64,000 nt of DNA from Chloroflexota bacterium (GCA_020349245.1 CP070764.1:4396372-4460371), one strand, 5' to 3'. Counted from the stretch's first letter, positions 19,804 to 30,079 are shown. Program-made: numbers and translations. The notes: a model not told the origin generated them from the sequence alone.

Positions 19804-19814
19804 TCAATTGCTCT

Positions 19815-22244
19815 TCAGTTAGCCTTTAATTTCGCAAGGGTAACTCCATCGCCCCCTTCACCTGACCCGCCCGGTTCGTGGGAGCGGATATGGGGGTGTG
19901 ATGATAACGCTTCCCGAACTGCCTGGCGCAACTTCCCGGTTCCTTTTCCGTGGATGATGCGAACATAAGGCAGTCCTGCCAGGTACGCGGCATCCAAGTA
20001 ATTTTCTAGTTGATCTATCGCGTCATCAGCTCGCTGCCCGCGCAGATCGAGCTCCATACCGGGTGAAGGAGCGTTTAAACCGAGCTGCGAATCACCGCTT
20101 CGCTGAGCTCCTTGAGGAGTTCCATCCCGGTTCCTGCCTGATTCTTCAGCGATTTGATTCCCGGCCAGCTCCACTTCTGAAAGGCGTGTCCTTACTCGAA
20201 GAGAGCCCACCTGGACCTCCAGCTCTTCTTCCCCCAGGGAGGTGACAATGCCTTTGGTGTTGAGTGAGCGCAGCTTCACCCGATCCCCGAGGCGAACAGG
20301 TCGGTCTGGGCGAATTTCTTCATCCTCAATTGGCAGACGTTCGATAGGTTCTTTGAATTCCTGTTCCAATTCGCTGACCTGCTTTTCAACCGTCTCCAGC
20401 GCATCCAGTGGTTGGCGTGCTCTTGCCAGCCCACTGCGCAGCGCAGCTAAATCCTGTTCTAATTCGGCAATCTTTGCTTGAGAATCCTGGCGGGCAAGGT
20501 CTAAAATCTCCAAGCGTTCATCCTCGATTTGCTCAAGGCGTTTAACCAATGTTGAGCGAAGCTCATCAACCTGCTGGCGAGCTCGCTCTGCTTCGATGCG
20601 TGCCTGACGAGCAAGATCTCGCTGGCGGTGAATCTCCTCCAGCAGATTTTCTGCACGCAAATCTTCCGGATTGATCTCAGCCCGGGCGCCATCGACGATT
20701 GACCTCGGCATGCCCAGACGATCGGCGATGGCGAGTGCATTGGACCTACCCGGGAGGCCAATTGTCAGGTGGTAAGTAGGCTGGAGGGTTTCAAGATTAA
20801 ACTCAACGCTCGCATTGGTTACCCCGGGAGTGCTGTGGGCAAAAGCTTTTAATTCTGGATGGTGGGTGGTGACCAGGGTGGTTATGCTGCGTTCCAGGAC
20901 GTGCGTCAACAGGGCACGCGCCAGGGCGGCTCCCTCCTGTGGATCGGTTCCGGCTCCCAGCTCGTCCAATATCACCAGCGACTGCCGGTTTGCTTGGGCC
21001 AGGATGTGTATGATATTGGTGATATGGCCTGAGAAAGTTGACAAGGATTGTTCAATCGATTGTTCATCGCCGATGTCCGCATAGATAGCTTGAAAAACAC
21101 TGATCTCGGAACCTGAACCAGCAGGGATGTGTAAGCCAGATTGGGCCATTAATGCCAACAGCCCAACGGTTTTTAATGTGACCGTTTTTCCACCGGTATT
21201 AGGCCCTGTGATAACCAGGGCAAAGGTGTCTGGATCCAGGTCCACGTCCACGGGGACAACGCTCTCGGGGTCGAGTAAAGGGTGGCGGGCTGCAAAAAGG
21301 CGGACCACGCTGCCAGGATGGTGATTACCTCCGGGGATGGCATGTCCTTTCTTAGGAAAAATAACCAGATTTGGTTCGATAGCATGAATTTGCTCAGCAT
21401 ACTTCGCTTTCGCCAAGGCAAGATCGATCTCAGCAATGATATCAACCAGCGTTTCGATCTCCTGTCTGAAAGCACCCACTTCTGAAGAGAGTGCCAGCAA
21501 GATGCGCCGTTCCTCATCTCGCTCCTCAAGCTGCAGTTCACGATATTGATTGTTCAACTCCACGACCGACAGCGGCTCAATGAACAAAGTGGCACCGGAG
21601 GCAGATTGATCGTGGACAATCCCCCTCACCCGGCCTTTAAAATCTGCCCTGAGAGGTAATACATAACGACCATCTCGCTGAGTGACCAGATTTTCCTGCA
21701 GGTATTGGGTGATATTGGAGTCAGTGATCATGCGCTGCATTTTCGAAAGCAGGCGTTCGTGGACAATGCCTAAATCACGGCGGATGATGGCTAACTTTGC
21801 CGAGGCTGAATCCAACAGTTCTCCGCGATCAGAAATAGCGCGGGAAATGGTGTCAATCAAGCCCGTAGGAAGGGGCATTTGAGAGGCAATCTCGAAAATT
21901 TTTGGATAGCTGTCACCCAAGCGGTCAAAGGCACGCCCCAGGGTTCTACCAGCGATCAGGGTAGATTTTATATCCAAAAAATCTACCGGGGTAAGCACAC
22001 CGGCATGACTGGCCAGATCGATCTGTTGGCGGACATCCCGGGCACCACCGATGGTTAGATCCGGGTGGGTTTTCAGCAGCTGGACAGCTTCTTCGGTTTC
22101 TGCTTGCCAGCGCTGGGCTTCCGCGATATTGGGACTGGGTTGGAGCAATGCTATCTTTTCAGCTGTTGGTGCGAAAGAAGCATAGGCGGCAACCTGCTCC
22201 AATATCTTGGGATATTCAAGGGTATGGAGAGTTTTTGCATCCAT
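19815..22244 (-). CDS. mutS2: endonuclease MutS2 (MutS domain plus C-terminal Smr)
   Basis: GPNTGGKT Walker A, DELGAGTDPQEG, long coiled coil, and a C-terminal Smr domain (LDLRGQRADDA...IIHGKGTGKLR). Confidence 0.92.
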   Translation of the reverse strand: MDAKTLHTLEYPKILEQVAAYASFAPTAEKIALLQPSPNIAEAQRWQAETEEAVQLLKTHPDLTIGGARDVRQQIDLASHAGVLTPVDFLDIKSTLIAGRTLGRAFDRLGDSYPKIFEIASQMPLPTGLIDTISRAISDRGELLDSASAKLAIIRRDLGIVHERLLSKMQRMITDSNITQYLQENLVTQRDGRYVLPLRADFKGRVRGIVHDQSASGATLFIEPLSVVELNNQYRELQLEERDEERRILLALSSEVGAFRQEIETLVDIIAEIDLALAKAKYAEQIHAIEPNLVIFPKKGHAIPGGNHHPGSVVRLFAARHPLLDPESVVPVDVDLDPDTFALVITGPNTGGKTVTLKTVGLLALMAQSGLHIPAGSGSEISVFQAIYADIGDEQSIEQSLSTFSGHITNIIHILAQANRQSLVILDELGAGTDPQEGAALARALLTHVLERSITTLVTTHHPELKAFAHSTPGVTNASVEFNLETLQPTYHLTIGLPGRSNALAIADRLGMPRSIVDGARAEINPEDLRAENLLEEIHRQRDLARQARIEAERARQQVDELRSTLVKRLEQIEDERLEILDLARQDSQAKIAELEQDLAALRSGLARARQPLDALETVEKQVSELEQEFKEPIERLPIEDEEIRPDRPVRLGDRVKLRSLNTKGIVTSLGEEELEVQVGSLRVRTRLSEVELAGNQIAEESGRNRDGTPQGAQRSGDSQLGLNAPSPGMELDLRGQRADDAIDQLENYLDAAYLAGLPYVRIIHGKGTGKLRQAVREALSSHPHIRSHEPGGSGEGGDGVTLAKLKAN

Positions 22245-22486
22245 TGTCGACGCGTATTATACCCGCCACCAGGGGTTAAAAAGTAAAATCGAAATCCCTG
22301 AAAATTAAACCAAGAAAAACACATATTGTTAAATGGACCAACGCAATAAGCGGTTAGAGTTTAAACTGACCAAGCATCGGTCTGCGAATTTGCTGCAGGT
22401 CCTGATTGAGGGGTAAAATTGTTTTATCCCGATCATTTAGTAAGTCGGGAGGACGAACACTTAGAAATCCCATATGGAGGTCAGCC

Positions 22487-23359
22487 ATGATAGATCTTAC
22501 GGATCCGATCCTCGAATTGATCCGTCTTGCAGCAACTGACCTGCCGCCAGATGTGGAGGCGGGTTTGCGAACAGCGGTCGGGCAGGAAGAACCCGGGTCG
22601 GCTGCTCGGGGAGCGCTGGAAACAATCTTGAAAAATGTGGAGATGGCTCGCCAAGATTCAACCCCCATCTGCCAGGATACAGGGACACCCATCTTCTATG
22701 TGAATTATCCAGAAGGATGGAGCACTCGCCTGCTGCGTAGTCAGATTCAGCAGGCTGTAGCTGAGGCAACCCGGCGTGCATTCCTGCGCCCCAATGCTGT
22801 TGATTCGTTAACTGGAAAGAACAGCGGCAACAACCTGGGGGACGAGCATTTTCCCACCATCCATTTTGAAGAGGTTGATGGCCGGATATTGAAAATCGAT
22901 TTGATGCTCAAAGGAGGGGGTTGTGAGAATGTGGGTGCCCAATATTCACTGCCGAATAGCGAATTAGGAGCTGGCAGAGATCTCGCTGGAGTGCGGAAAG
23001 CAGCCCTCGATGCGGTTCAAAAGGCACAGGGCAAGGGTTGTGCTCCCGGGATTCTGGGCGTGGCGATCGGTGGTGATCGGGGATCTTCGTTTCTTGCCTC
23101 CAAGGAAGTGCTCCTGCGCCAGCTGGATGACTCGAATCCTGATCCTGAACTGGATGATCTGGAGAAGCGACTCACCAGAGAAGCAAATCAGTTGGGGATT
23201 GGACCGATGGGATTTGGCGGTAATACGACTGTGCTTGACACAAAAATCACCAGCAAGCATCGCTTACCAGCCAGCTTCTTCGTATCCGTTTCCTATATGT
23301 GCTGGGCATACCGCCGACGTCAGATGATCGTAGAAGAAGGTCAGATTACCTATAACTGA
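22487..23359 (+). CDS. Fe-S type hydro-lyase alpha subunit (class I fumarate hydratase / tartrate dehydratase alpha)
   Basis: CQDTGTP motif. The RBS ggagg at 22476-22480 precedes the ATG at 22487. The track start at 22406 is an upstream TTG. Confidence 0.85.
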   Translation: MIDLTDPILELIRLAATDLPPDVEAGLRTAVGQEEPGSAARGALETILKNVEMARQDSTPICQDTGTPIFYVNYPEGWSTRLLRSQIQQAVAEATRRAFLRPNAVDSLTGKNSGNNLGDEHFPTIHFEEVDGRILKIDLMLKGGGCENVGAQYSLPNSELGAGRDLAGVRKAALDAVQKAQGKGCAPGILGVAIGGDRGSSFLASKEVLLRQLDDSNPDPELDDLEKRLTREANQLGIGPMGFGGNTTVLDTKITSKHRLPASFFVSVSYMCWAYRRRQMIVEEGQITYN

Positions 23360-23369
23360 GAAGGAGAAC

Positions 23370-23996
23370 ATGATGAAGCAAGTTACAATTCCGATCAGTG
23401 ATGAGACAATTCGAAATCTAAAAGTTGGTGACCCGGTGCTGCTATCAGGGGTGATGGTGACTGGTCGGGACGCGGCACACAAATGGATGGTCGAATCATT
23501 TATCAAGGGTACCCAGATCCCGACGCCAGAAGATGAAACTATCTATAAGGAGATTAAACCGCTGCTGGAGCGTGGGGTGATTTATCACTGCGGACCGGTT
23601 GTTGCTGGTCTTGAAAATAAGGATTACAAGTTTGTGGCTGCAGGTCCAACGACCAGCACTCGCGAAGAACCTTACCAAGGCGATGTCATGCGGCATTTCA
23701 ATCTTAAGGGCGTGGTCGGCAAGGGCGGGATGGGAGCCAAAACGCTGGCAGCCTGCCAGGATGTTCCGGGGGTTTATTTTCATGCTGTGGGTGGTGCAGC
23801 GACCCTGATCGCCAAGTCAGTAGAAGAAGTGCTCGGCGTGTACAAGTATGAATTTGGGGTACCAGAAGCGATGTGGATTATCAGGGTGAGGGATTTTCCT
23901 GCCGTGGTGACCATGGATGCACATGGCGCCAGCCTGCATGCGGAGGTTTACAAGAAATCCCGCGCAGTCCTCGAGGATTTACTTGCAGTAGCATGA
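23370..23996 (+). CDS. Fe-S type hydro-lyase beta subunit (class I fumarate hydratase beta)
   Basis: GPTTSTREE and KGGMG motifs, adjacent to the alpha subunit. Confidence 0.85.
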   Translation: MMKQVTIPISDETIRNLKVGDPVLLSGVMVTGRDAAHKWMVESFIKGTQIPTPEDETIYKEIKPLLERGVIYHCGPVVAGLENKDYKFVAAGPTTSTREEPYQGDVMRHFNLKGVVGKGGMGAKTLAACQDVPGVYFHAVGGAATLIAKSVEEVLGVYKYEFGVPEAMWIIRVRDFPAVVTMDAHGASLHAEVYKKSRAVLEDLLAVA

Positions 23997-24063
23997 TAAC
24001 CCTGCCTTTAGTTCGCATCCAGCAATATCTTCCCTATCCAAAGGTTGATCGACCAACAATCAC

Positions 24064-25332
24064 ATGGAAGACAAGCAACCCCTGCTGACCCCCATCATGC
24101 GCTGGTTCATGTTTGCCATGGTGCTGGCGAACATAGCAGGGACGATGTATACCATCTTGTTGCCGATCTACCTCACCGAACTTGGAGCGAGCATAACTCA
24201 GGTTGGCCTGGTTTTCAGCCTCTCTTCTGTGGTTATTTTGATCCTGCAGATATTTGGCGGGTGGCTATCAGATTCAATTGGACGCTTGCGAGCCATCGCT
24301 ATCGGCAGTGTGGGTGGGGTGATTGGATTCACGTTTATGCTTTTAGCAAATTCGTGGCCAACCATGCTGATGGCGATCGCTGTCAATCAAATTCCTTATG
24401 CCTTTGTCGGGCCGTCCTTTGGAGCATTCATTGCCGAAAATTCCACTCAAGAAAACCGGGGCAGAGTATACGGCATCACTGAAACGATCTACCAGATCAC
24501 TGGTGTTGTCGGACCCCCATTAGGTGGGTATATAGCTGGGGTTTACGGTTTTAAGCCGATGCTTTTGGTGGCGACGATTTTCTATACGTTTGCAGCTGGA
24601 TTGCGGATCTGGATGGCGACCACCATGCGCTCTCCAGATGAGCCAACGCCCGAAAAGCTTACCCGGGGGTCTTTTAAAAATAGTTTTGCTTTGATGATCG
24701 GGATGATCCTCAGCGGAGGGGTGGTGACCTGGATCTTTGTCACGGATGGTGTTCGGGATATCGCTTTCCTATTGTCAGATGAGCTGTTGCCGCTGTACCT
24801 GGAGCAGATAGCCGGCATCTCACTCGTTCAGATTGGACTTTTGGGGTCGATCTTCTCAATCTCCATGATGTTTACACCTCTTCTCTCTGGGCGCATATCA
24901 GACAGATATGGCGAGCGGGTGCCAATTTCAGCCGGATTCTTGATGATATTCTTTGCATACTTGATATTTCTGCAGGCCGGTGATTATATTGGCTTTGCAA
25001 TCACTTGGGCAATTTTTGGCGTCAGCGTTGGCTTGCTGAGTCCGGCATACCAATCCCTGATCTCAAAAGTTGTTCCCCAAAAGAACCTGGGTATTTTTAC
25101 CGGGATGTTTCGCAGTAGTATGGGGTTTATCTCACTGCCAGCACCTTATATAGGTGCACAACTATGGGAGCGCTTCAATCCAAGGATTCCTTTTATCCTT
25201 ACGGCTTTATTGGCTGGGATCAGCGTGATTCCTACTTGGTTCAAGTTCAAGCTACCTGAAGAAGGTTCAGCCCTGGGAACTGTGCCGCTAGAGACAGTGG
25301 CAGGGACGGGCGAGAATCCTGCAGATGATTGA
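24064..25332 (+). CDS. MFS transporter
   Basis: About 12 TM helices, with an MFS loop motif GGWLSDSIGRLR between TM2 and TM3 and a second GRISDRYGER. Confidence 0.85.
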   Translation: MEDKQPLLTPIMRWFMFAMVLANIAGTMYTILLPIYLTELGASITQVGLVFSLSSVVILILQIFGGWLSDSIGRLRAIAIGSVGGVIGFTFMLLANSWPTMLMAIAVNQIPYAFVGPSFGAFIAENSTQENRGRVYGITETIYQITGVVGPPLGGYIAGVYGFKPMLLVATIFYTFAAGLRIWMATTMRSPDEPTPEKLTRGSFKNSFALMIGMILSGGVVTWIFVTDGVRDIAFLLSDELLPLYLEQIAGISLVQIGLLGSIFSISMMFTPLLSGRISDRYGERVPISAGFLMIFFAYLIFLQAGDYIGFAITWAIFGVSVGLLSPAYQSLISKVVPQKNLGIFTGMFRSSMGFISLPAPYIGAQLWERFNPRIPFILTALLAGISVIPTWFKFKLPEEGSALGTVPLETVAGTGENPADD

Positions 25333-25410
25333 CTAATTGGTTCAACCAGACGGATATCTTCAATTACCGTTCGGGCAATACAATTCCACCGGGATAATTT
25401 GCCTGGATAT

Positions 25411-26751
25411 TCAATCTCCATCCACGGGCAGCGTTATAACGAATTTCGCTCCCTGACCAGGGAGGCTTTCAACTGTAATCTGTCCATTCTGGCTTTCCAC
25501 CAGCGATTTGGCAATGGCAAGACCTAACCCCGATCCGCCTGCTTCCCTTTGGCGTGATTTATCCCCCCGGTAGAAGCGTTCAAATAAGTGGTCAATTTCC
25601 TCGGCAGGGATTCCTGGTCCGGTATCTTCAATTTCTAGAGATATCTTTCCCCGGAGTTCCTGGGCAGACATCCTGATCATGCCACCTTCAGGTGTGTAGC
25701 GCAGGCTATTGTCAATGATGTTGACCAGAACTTGTGTCATCCGATCTGGGTCGACATTCACCAGAGGAAGAGTCTCAACAGTCTCAATTCGCATGCCGAT
25801 ATTTTTAGATTTGGCCTCATTTTTCTTAGCAGCTGCGGAATGTTCAAGCAAATCGCGCGGCGAGACCTTGTTCCAGTTAAGATGCAGCTCCCCGGCATCG
25901 GAGAGGGAAAGCGTGCGCAGATCTTCCACCAAGCGATTGAGGCGCTTGGTCTCATCATGGATGATAGCAAAAGTCTCCTCGTCTGGTGGTAGCTCCCCTT
26001 CGCTGAGCGCCTCGGTATGGCCCAAAATAACCGTGAGCGGTGTGCGCAGCTCATGAGCGATATCTGCTGTCATCTGCCGGCGAAGATCTCGGGATTGGGC
26101 TAAATCAGCACTCATCTGATTAAATGAGACAGCGAGCTCACCCAGCTCGTCATTCGAACGAATGGGCACCTGTTGCTCAAGATCCCCCTTGGCGACTTTC
26201 TGGGTTGCTACAGTCAGTTCTCTCAAGGTACGGGTGAGGGATCTGGCTAATAAGATTCCCAAGAACACAGATACCAGCACTGCGCCGATAGAAGCAATTA
26301 CCAAGGTATTGTAGAAGCGGGTTAATTGGGTCGGTAAGGGAGGTCGCAGGTCAAAGCGTGTCTCAAGACTGAAGTATGTCCCCACGACCTTTCCATCAAC
26401 AATGAGGGGAACGCCATCTTCAGATCGTAATACCCGCCAAGGAAGATTGGGTAACCGGACCGCAAGGGGACTGTGAAGAATTACCCTGTCGCGAGTATCG
26501 AGGATAACATATCCCCAGTTGTACCTTTGGTTGAAGATGACTTCATTTGCCAAGCGCTCTATGCCTTGCCAGGTACCATTTTGCTGGTAATAATCTTCCA
26601 GTTCCGCGATCAAAGACTCGCGATTCTGATTCTCAAAAAACTCGCGGAATTGATTGCCGGTAAAACGGGCGGTCATGACGACGACCAATGCAATGCCAAC
26701 CAGACTGACCAGAGCAAAAGCAAGTACCAATTTGACTGTCAAAGAGCGCAT
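25411..26751 (-). CDS. sensor histidine kinase (two TM, HAMP, HisKA, HATPase_c)
   Basis: H-box AHELRTPLT, N-box NSLRYTP, G-boxes DTGPGI and GGSGLGLAIAK. Confidence 0.9.
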   Translation of the reverse strand: MRSLTVKLVLAFALVSLVGIALVVVMTARFTGNQFREFFENQNRESLIAELEDYYQQNGTWQGIERLANEVIFNQRYNWGYVILDTRDRVILHSPLAVRLPNLPWRVLRSEDGVPLIVDGKVVGTYFSLETRFDLRPPLPTQLTRFYNTLVIASIGAVLVSVFLGILLARSLTRTLRELTVATQKVAKGDLEQQVPIRSNDELGELAVSFNQMSADLAQSRDLRRQMTADIAHELRTPLTVILGHTEALSEGELPPDEETFAIIHDETKRLNRLVEDLRTLSLSDAGELHLNWNKVSPRDLLEHSAAAKKNEAKSKNIGMRIETVETLPLVNVDPDRMTQVLVNIIDNSLRYTPEGGMIRMSAQELRGKISLEIEDTGPGIPAEEIDHLFERFYRGDKSRQREAGGSGLGLAIAKSLVESQNGQITVESLPGQGAKFVITLPVDGD

Positions 26752-26755
26752 TGAT

Positions 26756-27439
26756 TCACCTCACCGAAAAGCGATAACCTACTCCGTAAACCGTTTCAAT
26801 ATAGCGCGGCTGCCGGGGGTCATCCTCGAGCTTTGCCCGCAAGTTCTTTATGTGGACATCGATCGTGCGGGCGTATCCGATAAATGAGGTGTCCTGAATT
26901 TGATCGAGCAGTTCGAGTCTTGAAAAGGTACGCCCGGGGGCGGACATGAGCGCTGCCAGCAGATCGAATTCCGAGGGGGTCAGATCGAGGACCTTCTCGT
27001 CCGCTGTCACCAAGTGACTTTCGCGATCAAGGGTAATACCCGCAATACGCAAAATCTCTGTTTGGGGGAGGCTTTGACCAGTCCGGCGAAGAACTGCTCT
27101 CACCCGGGAGGTAAGCTCGCGAGGACTGAAAGGTTTGGCAACGTAATCATCAGCGCCCAACTCTAAGCCCAGCACCTTGTCATCTTCCTCGACTTTGGCG
27201 GTCAAAAGGATTATAGGAGTTTCGCGTTCCTTGTGATGCTGGCGCATGAATTCAAAGCCATCCAATTCCGGCATCATAATATCCAGGATAATCAAATCGG
27301 GTTTCTCATGCCTGGCGATAAAGAGAGCTTCCTTACCATTCGAGGCAGTAATCACGCCAAATCCCTGCTGCTCCAAATAGGCTTTTAATAGAGAAAGAAT
27401 GCGTTTTTCATCATCCACAATAAGAATGGTCTTTGCCAT
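26756..27439 (-). CDS. OmpR-family response regulator
   Basis: Receiver (LIVDDE, DLIILDIMMPELDG, KV..DD) plus a wHTH output domain (TVYGVGYRF). Confidence 0.92.
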   Translation of the reverse strand: MAKTILIVDDEKRILSLLKAYLEQQGFGVITASNGKEALFIARHEKPDLIILDIMMPELDGFEFMRQHHKERETPIILLTAKVEEDDKVLGLELGADDYVAKPFSPRELTSRVRAVLRRTGQSLPQTEILRIAGITLDRESHLVTADEKVLDLTPSEFDLLAALMSAPGRTFSRLELLDQIQDTSFIGYARTIDVHIKNLRAKLEDDPRQPRYIETVYGVGYRFSVR

Positions 27440-27492
27440 AATATACGCATCTCCAGACCAGGTGATAGGAAGTGGGTGGATTGTACACCCAA

Positions 27493-27983
27493 TTACTCGG
27501 CTGCCCGTCCTTCTAATATCCCGATTAAAGGATCGATAAAACCTAGGTTGAACCGGAGGCGAGTGTCACTTCTCTCTGCACGGGCAGCTTCCATCGTGGC
27601 TTGCTGCTCGGGCGTCAGATTTCCATGGCCAAAACCCGGACCTCCAAATTGTGGTCCTCCAGCAAATCCTTCTCCACCAGGTCCACCACCTGGATTACCA
27701 CCTCCTGGAAATCCTTCTCCGTTTTCATGAAAAGCCTGAGCAGTCTCCTGCATTTTGGGAGTGAAGTTTCCAAATCCAGGATTTGCAAACCAAAATTGAT
27801 CCCCAGTTCTTCCATTCGCTGGGCTATTTCTTCTCCTGAGAGCTGCATTTCTTGGATGGTGAGAATCTGGTCAGCAGTCATTGTATCTTCGATTTGGTTA
27901 AAGAGGGCTTCCAACTCCACTTCCGCCACGGTATCACTCTCACTCAGACTTCTGGCTGCTTTCCAAAGCGGTAGCAGCTGCAT
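27493..27983 (-). pseudogene. Gly-rich LTXXQ-motif (Spy/CpxP-like) protein, reading frame broken
   Basis: ORF 27615-27983 reads ...MTADQILTIQEMQLSGEEIAQRMEELGINFG, then becomes implausible. ORF 27493-27753 and its upstream extension, in the adjacent frame, read FANPGFGNFTPKMQETAQAFHENGEGFPGGGNPGGGPGGEGFAGGPQFGGPGFGHGNLTPEQQATMEAAR. The two join smoothly with a 1-nt shift around 27784-27800. Confidence 0.45.
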
Positions 27984-28003
27984 CGCTTGTTCGGGAGTTA
28001 CCG

Positions 28004-29587
28004 CTAATTCAGTATTTCAGCGGAGGTATAATCCATCAATCCAACTGTCACCACGCGTAATTGCGGTTCGCCGTCCTCCATTACAAAGACGGCATATTCA
28101 TCTGGGCCAATTTCTCTTACTGCTTCTACGGGTACGAGGACTGCATCCTGGGTCCGTCCACCAATCACGTCCACAGATGCATTTGATCCTACGGGTAATG
28201 CCTTTGGTTTGGAGAAAGAATCGGGTTCTAGCTGCACCCGAGCCAAAACGGAGTCTACATTTGATACGGATTGCAAGCTGGGGCTTACTTCAATAACATG
28301 ACCAGTGTAGATGTCATCAGGCAAGGCATCAAACACCACCTCGACCTCGAATCCTACCGCCACTTTATCCAGATCACTTTCATCAAGGAAAATTTCCAGA
28401 ACCGGTTGCTGGAGATCAGCAATGCTAATGATGGCACCTGTTCCCACAGATTCACCGACACTGGCCTCAATGGACATTATCGTCCCGTCCATCGGAGCGA
28501 GCAGCTCGATCACCGCCTGGTCTTCTTTGGCAACCGCGAGCTTTGCCTGGGCATTTTTAAGATTTGCTTCTGCCAGCGAAACCTCAGCAGGATCAACCCC
28601 TGCTTTTAAGGTCTCATACTTGGCTTGGGCAACAACCAGGTTGGCTTCAGCTAAGGCGATTTCCCCTGGGGTAGGACCATCTTTAACCCGTTCGTATTCT
28701 CGCTCTGCTTCAGCCAACTGGGTTTGGGCAGCTGCTAAGTCGGCGGCACTCAGCTCGAGTTCCAATTCGCTGCCAGTTCCAGTGACAACATTGTAGTAGC
28801 GCAAGGCATTATCATAGGCAGCCTGGACTGCGGAAAGCTTCAGCTGTGCGTTTACCTTGCCTAAATCCTCATCCAGTTTATGGATATAGTCATCAAAACT
28901 TGCTTCCTGGTCCTTGAGCTGTTTCTCGGCTATCACCAGCTCTGCGTAAGCGGCGTCAATGGTCGATTGGCCTGCTGTAGAACGGACAGCATTGTAAGTC
29001 CTCTCAGCCTGTTTCACCGTGTCCTGAGCTTCAGCAATAGCTTGCAAAGCGAGCGCTTGGCTTAAATCACTGTTATATAAATCCTCGAGTGCTTGTTCTG
29101 CAGCCTCAATATCCAAGAGCGCTTGGGCTGTATCAACTTGTACGTTATCGTAGATAGCATCAAGAGTTTCCGGCGCGGTTACGACATTCAGCTCGGCTTC
29201 TGCTAGGGCTAATGCGATTTCTTCCTTTGAACGATTGGTTTGTAATCGAGCGAGCACATCACCGGCTTGTACTTGATCGCCTACCTTGATTAACAAATCA
29301 GCCAGGGTCCCAGATTCGCTAAAACCGAGATTAATTTCACTGGAAGGAATCACTTCTCCTGCACCTGTGGCGAAGACTGTTAATTCTCCGCGCCGGGCAA
29401 CTGCGGTCTGGACTTTAGGCGATTCGGAGACCGGCATGCTGGCAGGAGAATAGAGTCCGTAAAGGTAATAACCAAGAATTATAGTGAATAAGATCGCGCC
29501 TAGAGATATCCACAGAAGCTTGTTCTTCAGGAATTTCTTCAAGTTAGGATAAGACCCAGCCTGCTGATTCAATTCGCCAGTGTTCAT
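28004..29587 (-). CDS. HlyD-family periplasmic adaptor (membrane fusion protein) with very long coiled coil
   Basis: N-terminal TM, a lipoyl-like half (VGDQVQAGDVLARL ... APMDGTIMSI), about 250 aa of Ala/Glu/Leu coiled coil, and a beta-barrel C-terminus. Confidence 0.85.
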   Translation of the reverse strand: MNTGELNQQAGSYPNLKKFLKNKLLWISLGAILFTIILGYYLYGLYSPASMPVSESPKVQTAVARRGELTVFATGAGEVIPSSEINLGFSESGTLADLLIKVGDQVQAGDVLARLQTNRSKEEIALALAEAELNVVTAPETLDAIYDNVQVDTAQALLDIEAAEQALEDLYNSDLSQALALQAIAEAQDTVKQAERTYNAVRSTAGQSTIDAAYAELVIAEKQLKDQEASFDDYIHKLDEDLGKVNAQLKLSAVQAAYDNALRYYNVVTGTGSELELELSAADLAAAQTQLAEAEREYERVKDGPTPGEIALAEANLVVAQAKYETLKAGVDPAEVSLAEANLKNAQAKLAVAKEDQAVIELLAPMDGTIMSIEASVGESVGTGAIISIADLQQPVLEIFLDESDLDKVAVGFEVEVVFDALPDDIYTGHVIEVSPSLQSVSNVDSVLARVQLEPDSFSKPKALPVGSNASVDVIGGRTQDAVLVPVEAVREIGPDEYAVFVMEDGEPQLRVVTVGLMDYTSAEILN

Positions 29588-29792
29588 TTTCTTACTCCTG
29601 AATTGAGGTGCAGATCCTTTTTGCTACCTAAAATCGGCTAAATTTGCGGATTGCTCTGATCATTATATGTGCCCAATATAAAGAGGTGGTTAGCAAGTTG
29701 TGTATAAAATGTGAAGATAATTTTGGAGAATATCCCCCTGAGTAGAAGTCCTGCTAAATGGGAAATCTATCCAAGTTTGATGGTATAAAACA

Positions 29793-29821
29793 CGCCGGTA
29801 AAACCATTCGTTTTACCGGCG
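29793..29821 (-). terminator. rho-independent terminator of the ccm/YHS operon
   Basis: cgccggtaaaac (29793-29804) pairs with gttttaccggcg (29810-29821) across a 5-nt loop. On the minus-strand RNA it is followed by a tgttttat tail. It lies 49 nt after the YHS stop. Confidence 0.65.
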
Positions 29822-29869
29822 CACAAATCCAGAATTTTAATACAAAGATTTACCAAGTTGGTTGGATTA

Positions 29870-30079
29870 TCAATCCGCCTCTTCGCGTATATGATTGGTA
29901 AGGCAGGAATTTTGAGGATCTCGGATAAAATCCTGCTGGCATCCAGGGGTACAGAAAAAAATCCATTTACCATCGTGAAGCACGTGCGGTGTCTCAAAGG
30001 TAAATTTATCTGGTGAACCACAAGCAGTGGTCACTTCGCTGCCGATGATTGGCAAAGGGATGCTGGACTCAGACTTCAT
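29870..30079 (-). CDS. YHS-domain-like small protein (69 aa)
   Basis: ACGSPDKFTFETPHVLHDGKWIFFCTPGCQQDFIRDPQ matches the YHS pattern (C-G ... H-x-G ... FC..C...F..dP). Its ATG overlaps the ccmD stop (ATGA). Confidence 0.55.
   Translation of the reverse strand: MKSESSIPLPIIGSEVTTACGSPDKFTFETPHVLHDGKWIFFCTPGCQQDFIRDPQNSCLTNHIREEAD

Noticed and set aside
27601-28796. Plus-strand ORFs of 231, 112 and 161 aa (27601-28296, 28271-28609, 28311-28796).
   Set aside because: They lie opposite the HlyD adaptor and LTXXQ region. Their Ser/Ala-rich low-complexity products are typical of the antisense of coiled-coil (Ala/Glu/Leu) coding sequence.
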